Shown: positions 26,175 to 39,782, counted from the stretch's first letter. The stretch: DNA of 64,000 nt from Octopus vulgaris (GCA_951406725.2 OX597815.1:207576001-207640000); one strand, 5' to 3'. Notes: a model not told the origin generated them from the letters alone. Numbers and translations are program-made.

Positions 26175-27495
26175 CTCTAAGAAAATTAAAATTTATCTTA
26201 TATAGTGGCGTTTTCAAACTTCTTTTTTATAAATATATGTAGGAATATGCATAAATGTAGGACTTGTTATCATCACACCTGTATTTTTGGGTGCATCTAT
26301 AAATGTAATTACCCCATTTATTGTTATGCTCTTATGTTGGTACATATATTTATCTTGGCTTGTTGACAAATAGACTTCCTACCTGTCACTTATTGGTATA
26401 TACTTTGTAATGTAGTAGATAAGGGACTCAATAGTTTCTTGCCAGTTACTGAAATCTTTTCTTTATTTACTGTTTATGTTTTAATGCATTTTCATTATAC
26501 AGTATATATGAATGGATGTAATGCATTTTCATGTTTCTCCATCCTGAAAATATGATCCTTTCATCTTACATAACAGTATGGTGTTGTAAGAATTATTGAA
26601 ACAGCTGAAAGAACAGATAACCACCATTTGTTTTGTTATTTTTATGTTTTGTGTTGTTGTAGCCTAGATTTGCAGTAGATGCTATGATGTATATGGATAT
26701 ACATCTATACCTGTAGATTTAGCTGTTTAATGCAATAAATTACATTGATCTCTAATGTAATTGGTTGTTTTTCATACAGAACACATTGTAGTATTATTTC
26801 TTAAATTCATATATACGTCATATATATATATATACATATACTCAAACAGTTCAAATATTTACAGGAAGCTTATATATATATATGTGTGTGTGTGTGTATA
26901 TATATATATATTTGTGTGTGTGTATATATATATATTTGTGCGTGTGTGTATATTTGTGTGTGTATATATATATATATTTATGTGTGTGTATCTATATATT
27001 TGTGTGTATATATATATGTTTGTGTGTGTGTATATATATATATATATGTTTGTCTGTCTATATATATATATATATGTTTGTGTGTGTATATATATATATA
27101 TATTGTGTGTGTGTATGTATATATGTTTGTGTATATATATATATATGTATATATGTTTATGTTTGTGTATATATATATATGTATATATGTTTGTGTGTGT
27201 GTGTATGTATATATATTCGTGTGTGTGTGTATGTATAAACATACAAGTATTATACACTCACAAATACGTTGAAATACACGTGTGAAAGTCTGGATCCATA
27301 AAAAGAAAACTCTTTTCCTTTAATGCCCCAAATTATAAGGGATCAGATTGCTTCAGCTTGATTCTGGTTGACTGTAGAAAGAAAAGCAGAGACCTCAATC
27401 TGGAGACTTTGGTAATCATTCAACAACACATCATTTCTTGATGTACCTTCTTGAAAATGCTTTATAATTTCTCATACTAATGGCAAAAATGTACT

Positions 27496-27830
27496 TAACA
27501 CAAAAGCAATTGCAGCATGGCAGATGTTTGTAAGCTATTTAAGAACATACAAAAACCATTTAGTTTCACTTCAACATTTAAATTTAATTTGTGTCAAAAT
27601 ATTTTCACTGACAAAATTTCGTGCTGAGATGCAGCAGAAGGTTTTATCAGTGAACAGGTTGTGCTTTCAAAGTGACAAAAATATTTTTAACACAAATTGA
27701 ATTAAAATGTTGAAGTGAAACCAATGGTTTTTGTGTGTTCTTAAATGACTTACAAACATCTTCCATGCAGCAATTGTTTTTGTTACAGCACACGATATCA
27801 GATCAAGTCACTTGCTATGCAAGTACAGCT
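27496..27830. mobile_element. Inverted-repeat PLE-like element, same family as 49638-49828
   Basis: Arms GCAATTGCAGCATGGCAGATGTTTGTAAG... / ...CTTACAAACATCTTCCATGCAGCAATTG; tail after 27785. Confidence 0.65.
27645..27692 (+). ncRNA. Decayed second copy of the G3-C8 hammerhead-like family
   Basis: TATCA-GTGAACA-G-GTTGT-GCTTTCAAA-GTGAC-AAAAATATTTT-TAACA. Same family as 49718-49764 with CpG-type decay; the GTGAACA core is retained. Confidence 0.45.
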
Positions 27831-28078
27831 CTGTATTTAACGGCCTTGTTTAAATATTTTACATCTCTTTGCCAAAAACATGTCACCTAATTAAGTGATA
27901 AGAACAGATTGTAACATGTAGATGTATGTTCTTCCTTGTACTTTATTGTCAAAAATAATATTGACTTATTGATCTTTCACAAAATATCTTTACATTTTGC
28001 CCAGGCCACTATACATGGATCACAATGAGGAAAATTTATTGTGGATCCAGGCTTTGGACCTACATGTGTGTATGTATG

Positions 28079-28109
<31 letters not shown>

Positions 28110-28439
28110 GTGTATATATATGTATATATATATGTGTGTATATATATGTATGTGTATATATATATATACACACCCACTCACACATACACACCTCATATAC
28201 TTGGGTATGCATTGATCGATGTATTCATTCATTTATGGTTGTATATACTTCATGCTTCCCAAGATTTTTGTTAAGGAATTTCATTTGTGCTATGACAAAG
28301 CAATTGTTAAAAACATATATATACATATACATACATATATATATATATGTGTGTATTACACTACTAAAAGTATGGTTGTCTTCAACAAGCTGTAAATTTC
28401 TTTTATCCTTTGATAGTGCCAAGAAATTTAATACCTAAA

Positions 28440-31400
28440 AAAAGTTAGACATCAATAAAAAATAAAGGAAAAACGAGAAAAGAACTGTTTTTAGTTTTTT
28501 TCCTTTTTTCTGTATCATTTGTAAACAAAACAACAGATAAATAAAGTGTAAAAGAAATCTGCTGAATATGTTTGTTGCAGTGATACAAGTTGTAACATAA
28601 CAAATATTTGAAAATAGTTCACAGACAGTACAGATATGATTGCAGCAACAGTGGCAGGTTTGGATTTATAAGCAACAATTTAAATAGATTTCAAAAAATG
28701 TTTTCTAGAAAATAAATTTTATCAACAAAGTTTAGAAAACTCCCTTCCCACTTTTCTGAAAAAAGATTAAATTGAAGTACATCTTTGCATATATATATAT
28801 ATGTATGAATATATATATATAACAAATGTCAAAGAAAAAATATGTCTAAGATATTTCTGAAACAATCTATAAGGTTACTATAAGGTTTTTGAAATAAGTA
28901 AAACAAAATTTAAGATAAGAAGGATAATTTTGATAAAAATAACTTGGATTAAAATAAAATCCCTGACAAAGTTTGTAGAAAAGCTATATAGCTTGATACA
29001 ACCTCTGAAATTTGGCTACTTGGAAGAAAATTTGCAAAATGTATGGTGGTTAATGCTTTTGTATTGTGTTCATTAATGTGTGAACTATGTGTGTAAAATC
29101 AAATAACATGCATATATAGAAATATTTAAAAAACTTGTTTTTAAGGAATTCATAATTAAAATTTGTGTGAATGATTATTATAATTAGAAAGTAAAAGACC
29201 CCTAATGATCTGAATTCTTCTCATCTAATATATTTCAACTAATCATTTTCTGTTCTATATTTAAGAGATGAAGAATTATGCAAATTATTTACAATTGACG
29301 GATATTTGTCCTCATCTTGATGAGGACAAATATCCGTCAATTGTAAATAATGTCATCATTTTCTTCCTTAATTTGAGTTTTGAATCTTTGTTATTCTATT
29401 CTATTTATAATTAATTAACTTACTCTCATTCATGACCCTTAACTTTTTATAACCATCAGCTGACATTTTCTGTTACATTTTTTTTTTCTGCAATTTTACC
29501 CTGTAACCATTTTTTGTTGCCTTTCTCTCACATTATTTTCTATGTCATATAATTTTATGCTTCCCACATGAATAGCAATTAATTTGTTAAACAAACAACC
29601 TATTATTATTAGATAAAAGTTCAATAGAAGATATAGAAAAAAGTACTATTTTACAACAAGGAAATAGTGTCATAGAATATATAGATTTTTTTTTTTAAAT
29701 GACATAGAATTAATTTTAATTCCCAGTCTGGAATGGTGTTGAAGTCCCTTAGTTATACTTGCAGACCTTATCTGTTATCTAAATTGTCACTTAGGGGATC
29801 TCTGAAAATCCTTAGGTATTCATTGTCTTTTATATATTTAAGTAATCTCTTCTTATCTCCATTATCCCCACCTCCCTTATCTTAACAGTTAATCTTAGTT
29901 TAACAGAAGATCAGCTATAATTTAAATTTCCATTTCTGTTTTTTGTTTGTTTGTTTTCTTACTAAACTTGCAGCAAATGTATAAAAAAAAAAATTTTTAA
30001 TTCTCTCAAATAACCAGAATAAGTTAAAACTTCAAAAAAGTATTTAATTAAGGAATACAAATAAGAGGCAAAGAAAACTGTTTGTCTGTGCCAGCATAAA
30101 GAAAAAGAAAACAAACTTAATAAAATTCATTAAAATAAGATATAAATCTTTTAATGAATGAAAATTATGAATTATCATTATTATTATTATTACATAGCAC
30201 TAGGCTAACAAAATCAACTTATTTCTCTACTGGTTTCAAAATATTGAGAAATATTTTGATTTAAATAATTTAAAAGTAAGATTTGCTGCAAAAAAGCTAC
30301 GTAAGTCAGAGATCGCCACCTAAAATAATGATCATGATGAATTTTGTTATAGGAATTTTTGAATATTACTAATTAAAACTGGAAATTCTGAACTATAGAT
30401 TTACAAATGAGAAATAACTTGAACAAGGAAATTTCAAGAATAAGCTGCCAATTTGGCAGTTTTCTACATTATCATCTATTTCCTTTGAAAATTCTTCTTA
30501 AACATTTTGTTGAAAATATGTATAATGTAATTCCATTTTATAATAAAATTGAACACAATAAAATGGAAGTAAACTACTAATGGCCCCAATCCACGACCCC
30601 CACTTAGATTCTTGGTCAGAGCTATTTTATTTTACTTACATTCTTTGGAAAACATTGAAAATCACAAAGATTTCATGTGTATAAACATGACTCGAGACTG
30701 TAATTTGGAATGGAATCTACTTTGCCAGCTTAATTTGCCTTTCACTTATCACATGAAGAGGGGGTCTTCTGTTATCCCCTGCTACCCAGTGACTTACTGA
30801 AACTTGTAGCCTTAAGAGATTCAGAAGACTTCTCACCTGTGTAAGCTGCAAACTTGAATAAACAAGTCTAAATATTTTGTTTGAAATGAAAACAATATGA
30901 AGTTAAAGAGTGAGAATGCTTAACTTTTCTACACATTAATTTAACTTATTAGATAAATAAGCTATAGAAAAATAACAGAATGGTAGAATGCAGTCAGAAT
31001 TTATTTCATCTGTTGTATCTATGTACCATTAATAGACTGGCCTGAGATTCTCAAAAGATAAAAAATATATTCGAGATAAGGGTTAAAACTCATGCTCTGG
31101 GTAGGAAGACTACACTTGAATATATTGGCAGGGGAAAAGAACTATACTAAGGATTTAGCTAAAGAAAATAGATTCAATTTTGAGATTTGCAAAAATGGGA
31201 AGCTTCTTGATAAAAATACAATAGTTGGCTGTCAGGATTTGTTTAAATAAAATAAAGTAATTGTAATCCTGTAATCTCTTTGAAAGAATAGATTTTAAGA
31301 AAAGTGTGTGTGTGTGACATATTTTTCAATTTAAGCAGGTATATTAGGTTAGCAAAGAATGTTGGAAAACAAATTAATGTGCAATCAACAGCAAGAGATT

Positions 31401-33292
31401 GAATAGTTTCTTAGGTAGAAGAGATGTTTGAAGAAAACCTTTGGTTGAGTGCTGAGTGTTAAGGAACTATCACATTGATCGCAGAAGATTCAGACACAAC
31501 TCTACCGTTATAGGGTGATTGAAACAAATTAACCAGCTAGTCTAAAAATTGGGGGAAGATATCTATAGAAACTTCTATATCATCTGTAACGAAATCCTTA
31601 TTAGTGTTAAATGTGGTTTTAGCTCCATAATTATAATTGTTTCCCAGCAATGTAAGATAAAATAATTAGTTGACCTGTAAGAAGAAAGTAATACTGATAA
31701 CCAGTAAGATCCTAGACTCACCAGTTTATAGAAATTTTCCACAAAAAAATATCTTAATTTATAAATGAATGTCAACAATTATATTCACTTTTTTTTTTTG
31801 TATATGCAGCATAGAAACAAAAATAGTTAAAATTCTTTTTCTACTGTATTTTTATATTTCTTCATTCGAATTTTATGTGCTTATACTTGAGAAGGTATAA
31901 GATACTTTTCAATTCCTTCAATACAGTAGTTATTTCTTTAAAATACCTTTTTTTTTTTTTTTAAAGATATGGTTTTATCTTCTTGAGACATATAAACAGC
32001 TGCAGGCATACATACATATTCCTTTTAATAGTTACTGCATGTTTTTATATACCTTCTTTCCCTTATAATAGTCAGTGTTTTGCTTTTTTTTTTTTTCTGT
32101 GGAATGTATTGGTTTTCATTATGCTTTCCCTTATCACATTAATTTTGAAATTGAAATTGAAATTGAAATTTAACATTTCATTGCTTCATTAAATGCCATC
32201 CTATATCCCTTAGTTTTCCTAATTTTTATATCTTTGACATTTAACTGTCTCAAAATTCGTACAGCCTTACGGTTATTATTTAAATCAAATATTATCTTCC
32301 TTTTACCTACGTAAGTTTGCTGATATCATCCTGACAATGATAATACTGTTCTCCTTCACCATCAAACAATTTTATTAAATTAAAACATTTGATTTTTCAC
32401 CGGCCGTTTTCTTTATTTTTTTTTTGTTAATCAATTTTTTTTTCTAATTTTCTATTTGATGATGTTCAACAGCTATCAATTTATTCTATAGTTGACAGGA
32501 TATATGAGCTTAATACACTTCAAATATTGTAGCTATTTCTTGAGTTAGATGAAAGTAAAACAATAACTAACCATAAGTAGCTATTCTCAATAATCTGTTA
32601 TTGTTTCTACATTTGCAGCTTAAGACGATATCAATGTTCCAGTAGGTAAATACATATTCCACATAATTTTCTTAGCCAGCAGTGGAAAGTTCAGCATACC
32701 GGAGTCACACAGATAGTTAGGATACTATTTTTAATGACTTTTATTTCAATTACTTTTATTTTTTTCCTTTATCTTTATATGGAAAAAACAACAACAACAA
32801 TAATTATTAATAATTTTTTTTTTTTTTTTTCAAAAGGTTAACTTTTGATCATCCACTGTCATTTTTTTAGTGTCATTTCCTTTGATATACATGTGGAATT
32901 ACATACACATATATACAAAGGATATTTATGTGTATGTATGTCAGTATATATACACAAACACCATATATTTATATGGGGTATGCATATGTGTATACATGCA
33001 TATATATATGTATGTATGTGTTTGTATATTCATATATGTATGTGTGCATATATAAATCTTGATTCAATGTGCACACATAATGTATGTACATACATGTACA
33101 GATACATACATAGATATATGTACACACATACACAAATATATGCACAAATACACATACATTTGTATAAATGCACATATCAAGAAAGATTTCCAAATTTCAC
33201 CAATCATTCATATGGTACCACCATGAAGTGCAAGTAATCTCTGGTGGGGGGGTGTATGTTTTGTTATGTCTCTCACAACCAAGAAATTATTT
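28440..33292 (-). other. Candidate long 3' UTR of the RasGRF-like gene
   Basis: About 4.9 kb of AT-rich, nearly SINE-free sequence directly after the stop codon, with several minus-strand AATAAA sites (e.g. 32372-32377, 30999-31004; a further one at 27942-27947). The true end is unknown. Confidence 0.45.
29284..29351. repeat. Perfect 33-bp-arm palindrome
   Basis: ATTATTTACAATTGACGGATATTTGTCCTCATC-TT-GATGAGGACAAATATCCGTCAATTGTAAATAAT. Confidence 0.85.
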
Positions 33293-33409
33293 TCAAGGGT
33301 CTATAATAGGTACTGACAATCGTGATTGTTTAGGTTCGATTTCCAGTGATGCTCTATAAGCTTCTTCATCTGTCATAAGTCTGCTGGGATCCAATAAATA
33401 GTTGGTTAC
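33293..33409 (-). CDS. RasGRF: RasGRF-like last coding exon with stop codon
   Basis: CAG| acceptor. VTNYLLDPSRLMTDEEAYRASLEIEPKQSRLSVPIIDP*, TGA at 33293-33295; the SL-IEPK motif ends CDC25 domains. Confidence 0.95.
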   Translation of the reverse strand, partial: VTNYLLDPSRLMTDEEAYRASLEIEPKQSRLSVPIIDP

Positions 33410-34630
33410 CTGAAAAATAACAAATCTTATTATAGCAAAGAATTATCATACATACATCATCATCATCATCATCATCATCGTTTAACGTCCGTTTTCCATG
33501 CTAGCATGGATTGGACGGTTCGACCGGGGATCTAGGAAGCCAGAAGGCTGAACCAGGCTCCACTCTGATCTGGCAGTGTTTCTACAGTGTTTCCGTGAGT
33601 GTAGTTGGTCCTTTTTACGTGCCCCCTGCACAGGTGCCAGGCGAGGCTGGCAACGGCCACGATTGGATTGGTACATTTTACGTGCCACCAGCATGGAAGC
33701 CAGTCAAGGCAGCTCTGGCATCGGCCACGATTCGGATAATGCTTTTTACGTGCCACCGGCACAGGGATCACAACTGCAGTTTCCCTTGATTTTGATGTTG
33801 GTGTACTTGACTCAATGGATCTCCTCAAGCACAGGGTTGAAATGGTGTTTCTCCACTTGCCACCTGCACAGGATTCAGTCCAGCGGTCCTGGCAACTGCC
33901 GGGTGCCAGTCATAGGATTGGTTCAATTTCGGTGCTGGTGCCATATAAAAAGCATTCAGTCCACACTGTAAAGTGGTTGGCATTTGGAAGGGCATCCAGC
34001 AATAAAAACCCTGCCAAAACAGACACTGTAGCCTAGGGTAATTTTCTACATGGCCAGCTCCTGTCAACCATCCTATCCATGCATGGAAGAAAGACATTAA
34101 ATGATGATGTATATATGTATACATACATGTATGTATACATATATACACAAACACATAGCCTTTTCTGATTGCCAGGATTGTTTTCTCAACTTTGTACTAA
34201 AAAACCAATTGGTAAATTGACTGTTATGTAACTATAATATAACATTTTACAGATGATAATATACCCACTCTATTAACTACTATAGGAGTGTGTGTTTTTT
34301 CTCATTATACATACATATATATATATATATATAATCTCTCTCTTCTCCCTCCTTAATTCTTTTGTTCCTCCTTTTCTCCCTCTTCTCTTCCCACGTGACC
34401 AATAGGCCAGACTGCTGACTGTCTTTTGGGGTCTGATCGTAGTCAGTGCAACATCGATATTCTTCCCTGTGTTTCTGAAACTTTTGCATCTCTGCCGTAA
34501 GGCTTCATTTCCACACGCACCAACTGAATTTAATTTATCCCCAGTCAAGGCACCTGTTGTTATGTCCTGTTATTATTATTTTTATTGTAATTATATTTGT
34601 GTAACATTGTCTGTTTTTCGATCTTTGTTT

Positions 34631-35215
34631 TGCGAAATCACAGGTGATATGTAACTAAATTCTGTTTTTAAATGACTTGCTTTGAAGTTTTGCATTCGGT
34701 ACAATTTGTTTATTTTAGTAGTTTTGACTGCAAGAGTCCCTCCTAGCATGCGGTACCTATGAATAATAGTACCTTCTATATAAATATTCTCAAAGGTTCT
34801 TACGAGGTTTTTCACGCTAACTACTGATAATTTCTTATAAAGATTTTATCCTTAATTTTAAATTTATATTTTTCACCGGAATAGTTCAATACTGAATTTT
34901 TGTTCCGAATAGGCAAATTGTTACCGAAATGCATTGCGAAAACGCCCGCCATTTTCATAGATATGTAAAGATAAACATTCGTACATACTACGACGAATTC
35001 TACGGTTGGCTGTCGGGTATGCTATATTGTGTTTTTTCCTTACATGTCTTGAGTTCGTTGCACTGAAGAGCATAGAATGCACATTCTGCATTGATTGCGA
35101 AATCACAGGTGATATATAACTAAATTTTGTTTTTAAATTACTTGCTTTGAAGTTTTGCATTTGGTACAATTTGTTTATTTTATGTCCTGTATAATAATAG
35201 TACCCTCTATATAAT
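34631..35215 (+). mobile_element. Partial-tandem PLE-like terminus with hammerhead, abutting a long TA/TG microsatellite
   Basis: ~34631-34717 is directly repeated at ~35096-35182 (TGCGAAATCACAGGTGATAT...TTGTTTATTTTA); the complete hammerhead is only in the second copy. Confidence 0.6.
35057..35120 (+). ncRNA. Type I hammerhead ribozyme motif, canonical core, 5-bp stem III
   Basis: GUUGCA-CUGAAGA-GCA...UGC-GAAAUCAC-AG-GUGAUA^UAUAAC. The upstream direct-repeat copy (~34631-34655) has UGUAAC, which pairs fully with GUUGCA. Confidence 0.72.
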
Positions 35216-35222
35216 ATAAATA

Positions 35223-35223
35223 A

Positions 35224-35273
<50 letters not shown>

Positions 35274-35492
35274 GTATATATATGTATGTATATATATATG
35301 TATGTATATATATATGTATGTATATATATATGTATGTATATATGTATGTATGTATGTATATATATATGTATGTATATATATATGTATGTATATATATATG
35401 TATGTATATATATATGTATGTATATATATATGTATGTATATATATATGTATGTATATATGTATGTATGTATATATGTATGTATGTATATATG

Positions 35493-35579
<87 letters not shown>

Positions 35580-35765
35580 GTATATATATGTATGTATATA
35601 TATATGTATATATATATGTATATATATATATATGTATATATATGTATATATGTGTGTATATATATGTGTGTGTGTGTGTGTATGTGTGTATGTATGTGTG
35701 TGTGTATGTATGTATATATATGTGTGTGTGTGTGTGTGTATGTGTGTGTGTATGTATGTGTATGC
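35223..35765. repeat. Long compound (TA)/(TATG)/(TG) microsatellite
   Basis: Read directly; similar tracts at 26870-27240, 28065-28170, 38370-38660 and 39783-40200. Confidence 0.95.
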
Positions 35766-36731
35766 ATGCAGCTGGACCTCTTCTCCACTCCGATAACACC
35801 TCTCACCTCAGAGCCAAAAGGTCCTTTCTTTTGCACCACCATTCTCAAAGACCCTGCAACAGTCCTGGGCATTGCTAGCTCGTTTTAGGCCCCTTCTCCT
35901 CTGACTGATCCCTAAACAAATAGGTGCAAGTTTGGCCGTGTAATCGTATGGTCATCCTGCTGCATAGTAGAAGACTTCTACGAAAACCTTGGGCTGACCA
36001 ATGCCTTGTGAGATGGAGAAATGGAAACTGTAGAGAAGCCTAGTGTGTATCTGTTTCTGTGACTTTACATCCTGCATTTGTTATTCAATGTTTACAATAT
36101 TATCCAGAAACAAAATTAAAAAAAAATAGTGCAACAGTCATACGCGCAGGAGTGGCTGTGTGGTAAGTAGCTTGATTACCAACCACATGGTTTCGGGTTC
36201 AGTCCCACTGCGTGGCACCTTGGGCAAGTGTCTTCTGCTATAGCCCCGGGCCGACCAATGCCTTGTGAGTGGATTTGGTAGACGGAAACTGAAAGAAGCC
36301 TGTCGTATATATATATGTGTATGTGTGTGTGTGTGTTTGTCCCCCTAGCATTGCTTGACAACCGATGCTGGTGTGTTTATGTCCCCGTCACTTAGCGGTT
36401 CGGCAAAAGAGACCGATAGAATAAGTATTGGGCTTACAAAGAATAAGTCCCGAGGGTCGATTTGCTCGACTAAAGGCAGTGCTCCAGCATGGTTGCAGTC
36501 AAATGACTGAAACAAGTAAAAGAGAGTGCAACAGACATAACAAAATGTGTAGGAAAACGTATATGAAAAAAAAAAATGTGCGGAAATCAACAGGGTGGAG
36601 AGAGGAGTTCAGAAAGTTCACAAGATCCCCAGTTTTAGAGAGTGGGTATAAATCTAAATTTTAAATATTCCTCTGAATATTGAACCTGCATTACTCATTT
36701 TATATATTTTCACATACCAATAAATAAATAT

Positions 36732-36947
36732 GGAGGTATTAAAAAAAGAAAAAAAAAAAAATTAAAAATATCCTATACACCCCTCCTGCACAAATTTTTC
36801 CAAGTTTTGACACTTTAGAGACATCAGAGCTTATGAATCTAAAATGCCAAGATACATAAGATTTGATGTCTCTAAAGTGTCAAAAATTGGATAAATTTGT
36901 GCAGGAGGGGTGTAAAGGTTATTTAAAATTTTTTTTTAATAATTCCT
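36732..36947. repeat. Inverted-repeat (MITE-like foldback) element
   Basis: Core TACACCCCTCCTGCACAAATTT...GACACTTTAGAGACATCA / TGATGTCTCTAAAGTGTC...AAATTTGTGCAGGAGGGGTGTA. Confidence 0.7.
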
Positions 36948-37499
36948 TTTTGAATTTCCCCCTTTCTCTTATGGATATATACTGGGCAGAGACATTTGCA
37001 GTTTCAGGTCTTCTTTTATTTCTTTCAGCCAATTAACCAAGGCCATGCTGGGGCAGTGCTTTGAAGGGTTTAGTCGTAGAAATTGACCCCAGGACTTTTT
37101 TTCTTTAAAGTTTGATAATTACCCTATCAGCCTCTTGCTGAACTGTTACGTTACAGGGATGTGAACAAACCAACACCAGTTGTCAAGCTATACCAGGGAC
37201 AAACTGATATTGTGGCAAGCTGGCAGGATGGTCAACACGCTGGGCAGTGTTTCATGTCTTTACTTTCTGAGTTCAAATTCTGTCGAAGTCGACCTTGCAT
37301 TTCATAATTTCAGGGTCGATAAATTAAGTACCAGTTGCATACTAGGGTCGATCTAATCAACTAGCCCCCTCCCCCAAAATTTCAGGCCTTGTGCCAAGTG
37401 TAGAAAAGAATCTGTGTGTGTATATGTGTGTGTATGGGTATATGTGTATGTGTATATATGTATATGTGTATATATGTATGTATGTATATATGTATATAT

Positions 37500-38370
37500 A
37501 CATGGGCCGTGACTGCTGAGGATATGCGTAAGCTCGCAAGAAATGAAGCCAGTATGCTCCGTTGGATGTGTAATGTCAGTGTTCATACCCGACAGAGTGT
37601 AAGTGCCTTGAGAGAAAAGTTGGACCTAAGAAGCATCAGATGTGGTGTGCAAGAGAAGCGTCTACGCTAGTATGGACACGTAGTAAGAATGGATGAAGAT
37701 AGTTGTGTGAAAAAGTGCCACACCCTAGCGGTTGAGGAAACCTGTGGTAAAGGTAGACCCAGGAAAACCTGGGACGAGGTGGTGAAGAACGACCATCGCG
37801 CTTTAGGTCTCACCGAGGAAATGACCAGAGACCGAGACCTTTGGAAGTATGCTGTGCGCGAGAAGACCCGGCAGGACACGTGAGGCCATAACCCATGGCC
37901 CCTACCTGGGATGTAGTCAGTCCACCTGTGCATACCTTCCTTCTTGGGACACATAACTCTAGTTGTGAAGACCTGTTGAGGCAAGTGAAAATCAAAATCA
38001 AATCAAATCAAAACCAATGAACATCAATGGAATTTGCATTTTTGTGGCACATAAGTGAACCATCTGAACATGGCCGTAGCCAGTAACGCATCGACTGGCC
38101 TCAGTGCTGTGGGTACGTAACAAACACCATCCGATCGTGGCCGTTCGCCAGCCTCGTCTGGCCGTTCGCCAGCCTCGTCTGGCACCTGTGTCGGTGGTAC
38201 ATAAAAAGCACCCACTACACTCACGGAGTGGTTGGCGTTAGGAAGGGCATCCAGCTGTAGAAACACTGCCAGATCTGACTGGGCCTGGTGCAGCCTTCGG
38301 GCTTCCCAGACCCCTGTTGAACCGTCCAACCCATGCTAGCATGGAAAGCGGACGTTAAACGATGATGATA
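37500..38370 (+). mobile_element. RTE-clade LINE 3' end running into its 3' UTR and (GAT)n tail (family C)
   Basis: NEASMLRWMCNV...LREKLDLRSI...GRPRKTWDEVV, then the family-C body ending GACGTTAAACGATGATGAT. Same junction on the minus strand at ~14385-15130. Confidence 0.8.
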
Positions 38371-38632
38371 TGTATATATGTATGTATATATGTGTGTATA
38401 TATGTGTGTATATATGTGTGTATATATATATGTATATATATGTATATATATATGTGTGTATATTTGTATATGTATGTATGTATGTGTATGTACGTGTATG
38501 TATGTGTGTGTATGTGTGTGTAGGTATGTATGTATGTGTGTGTGTATGTATGTGTGTGTATGTATGTGTGTGTATGTGCGTGCGTGTGTATGTATGTGCA
38601 TGCATGTGTGTGTGTGTATGTGTGTGTATGTA

Positions 38633-38664
<32 letters not shown>

Positions 38665-39782
38665 CTGTTGTGTCTGGGGAGGGTAATTTTCTTTTTCTGC
38701 CTTATAATTTAACAAACTCACTGGTAATTTCCACTCATTTCTTACTTATTTTCCTAAAATTTTCGTTGCGTCTTGCAGCCTTTTCAATAGTCTTGACTGT
38801 CCGTTTTTTACACTGCGTTCCTTTTTGTTTGTTTGTGCGCATGTGTGTGGGTCAGTGTGTGTGTGTGTGTGCCTGCATGTGTATGCATATGTATATATGT
38901 GTGTGCATCTATATGTATGTATTCTGCATGTCCGTGTTTATGTGTTTTCTGTGTATGTGTGTGAGCGTGTATTTGTATATGTATGCACCTGTCTCCTTGT
39001 GTGTGAGCATGTGTGTTTTGCAACTATGTGCCATGTTTGTATGTATGGATGTGCATCTCTATATGTGTGGACCCGTGTCTCCATATGTGTCTTTATGTGG
39101 GGTAAAGTGTGTGTGTATATATGGTCATGTGTGTCAGTCTCCATTTGTGTGTGTGTGCTTGTCTGTTCTTATAACCTATGTACCTGTCCGTCTATATAAG
39201 AACAGACAAGCACACATACACAAATGGAGACTGACACACATGACCATATATACACACACACTTTACTCCACACAAGGACACATATTGAGACACGGGTCCA
39301 CACATATAGAAATGCACATCCATACATACAAACTTGCAAAACACACACAGACATGCACACACAAGGAGACAGAGGTGCATACATATACAAACACACGCTC
39401 ATACACACACATACATACATAGAAAATATACAAATACGGACATGCATGCACATGAATATGCAGAATACATACAAATGTACACACATACATATATACATAC
39501 ACATATATACATACATATGTATGTGCATGCATGTATGCATAGGCACACACACACATGCACACAAACAAACAAAAAGGAACGCAGTGTAAATAATGGACAG
39601 AGTCAAAACTATTGAAAAGGTTGCAAGACAGAACGAAAATTTTAGGAAAATAAAAATAAGAAAAAATAGTGGAAATTTTACCGGTGAGTGTGTTAAATTA
39701 TAAGGCACAAAAGGAAAATGACTCTCCCCAGACATAACAGAATATGCTTCAACACACACACTCATATAAAGAATCTTGCAAA
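38665..39782. mobile_element. Large inverted-repeat PLE-like element (~510/545-bp arms, ~21-nt spacer, tail) in the last RasGRF intron
   Basis: 38665-39173 pairs with 39195-39740; tail TTCAACACACACACTCATATAAAGAATCTTGCA; TA/CA tracts flank. Confidence 0.75.
38754..38790 (-). ncRNA. Hammerhead-like motif with U3-A8 core; mirror copy at 39609-39645 (+)
   Basis: CUA-UUGAAAA-G-GCUGC-AAGAC-GCAAC-GAAAAUUU^UAG. The two arms give a consensus stem II GUUGC/GCAAC; stem III is loop-less palindromic AAUU. Confidence 0.55.

Noticed and set aside
34885-34940. CTGAATT...GAAATGCATT as a second hammerhead in the 34.6-35.2 kb element
   Set aside because: Positions 3 and 8 cannot pair and no stem I closes next to the core.
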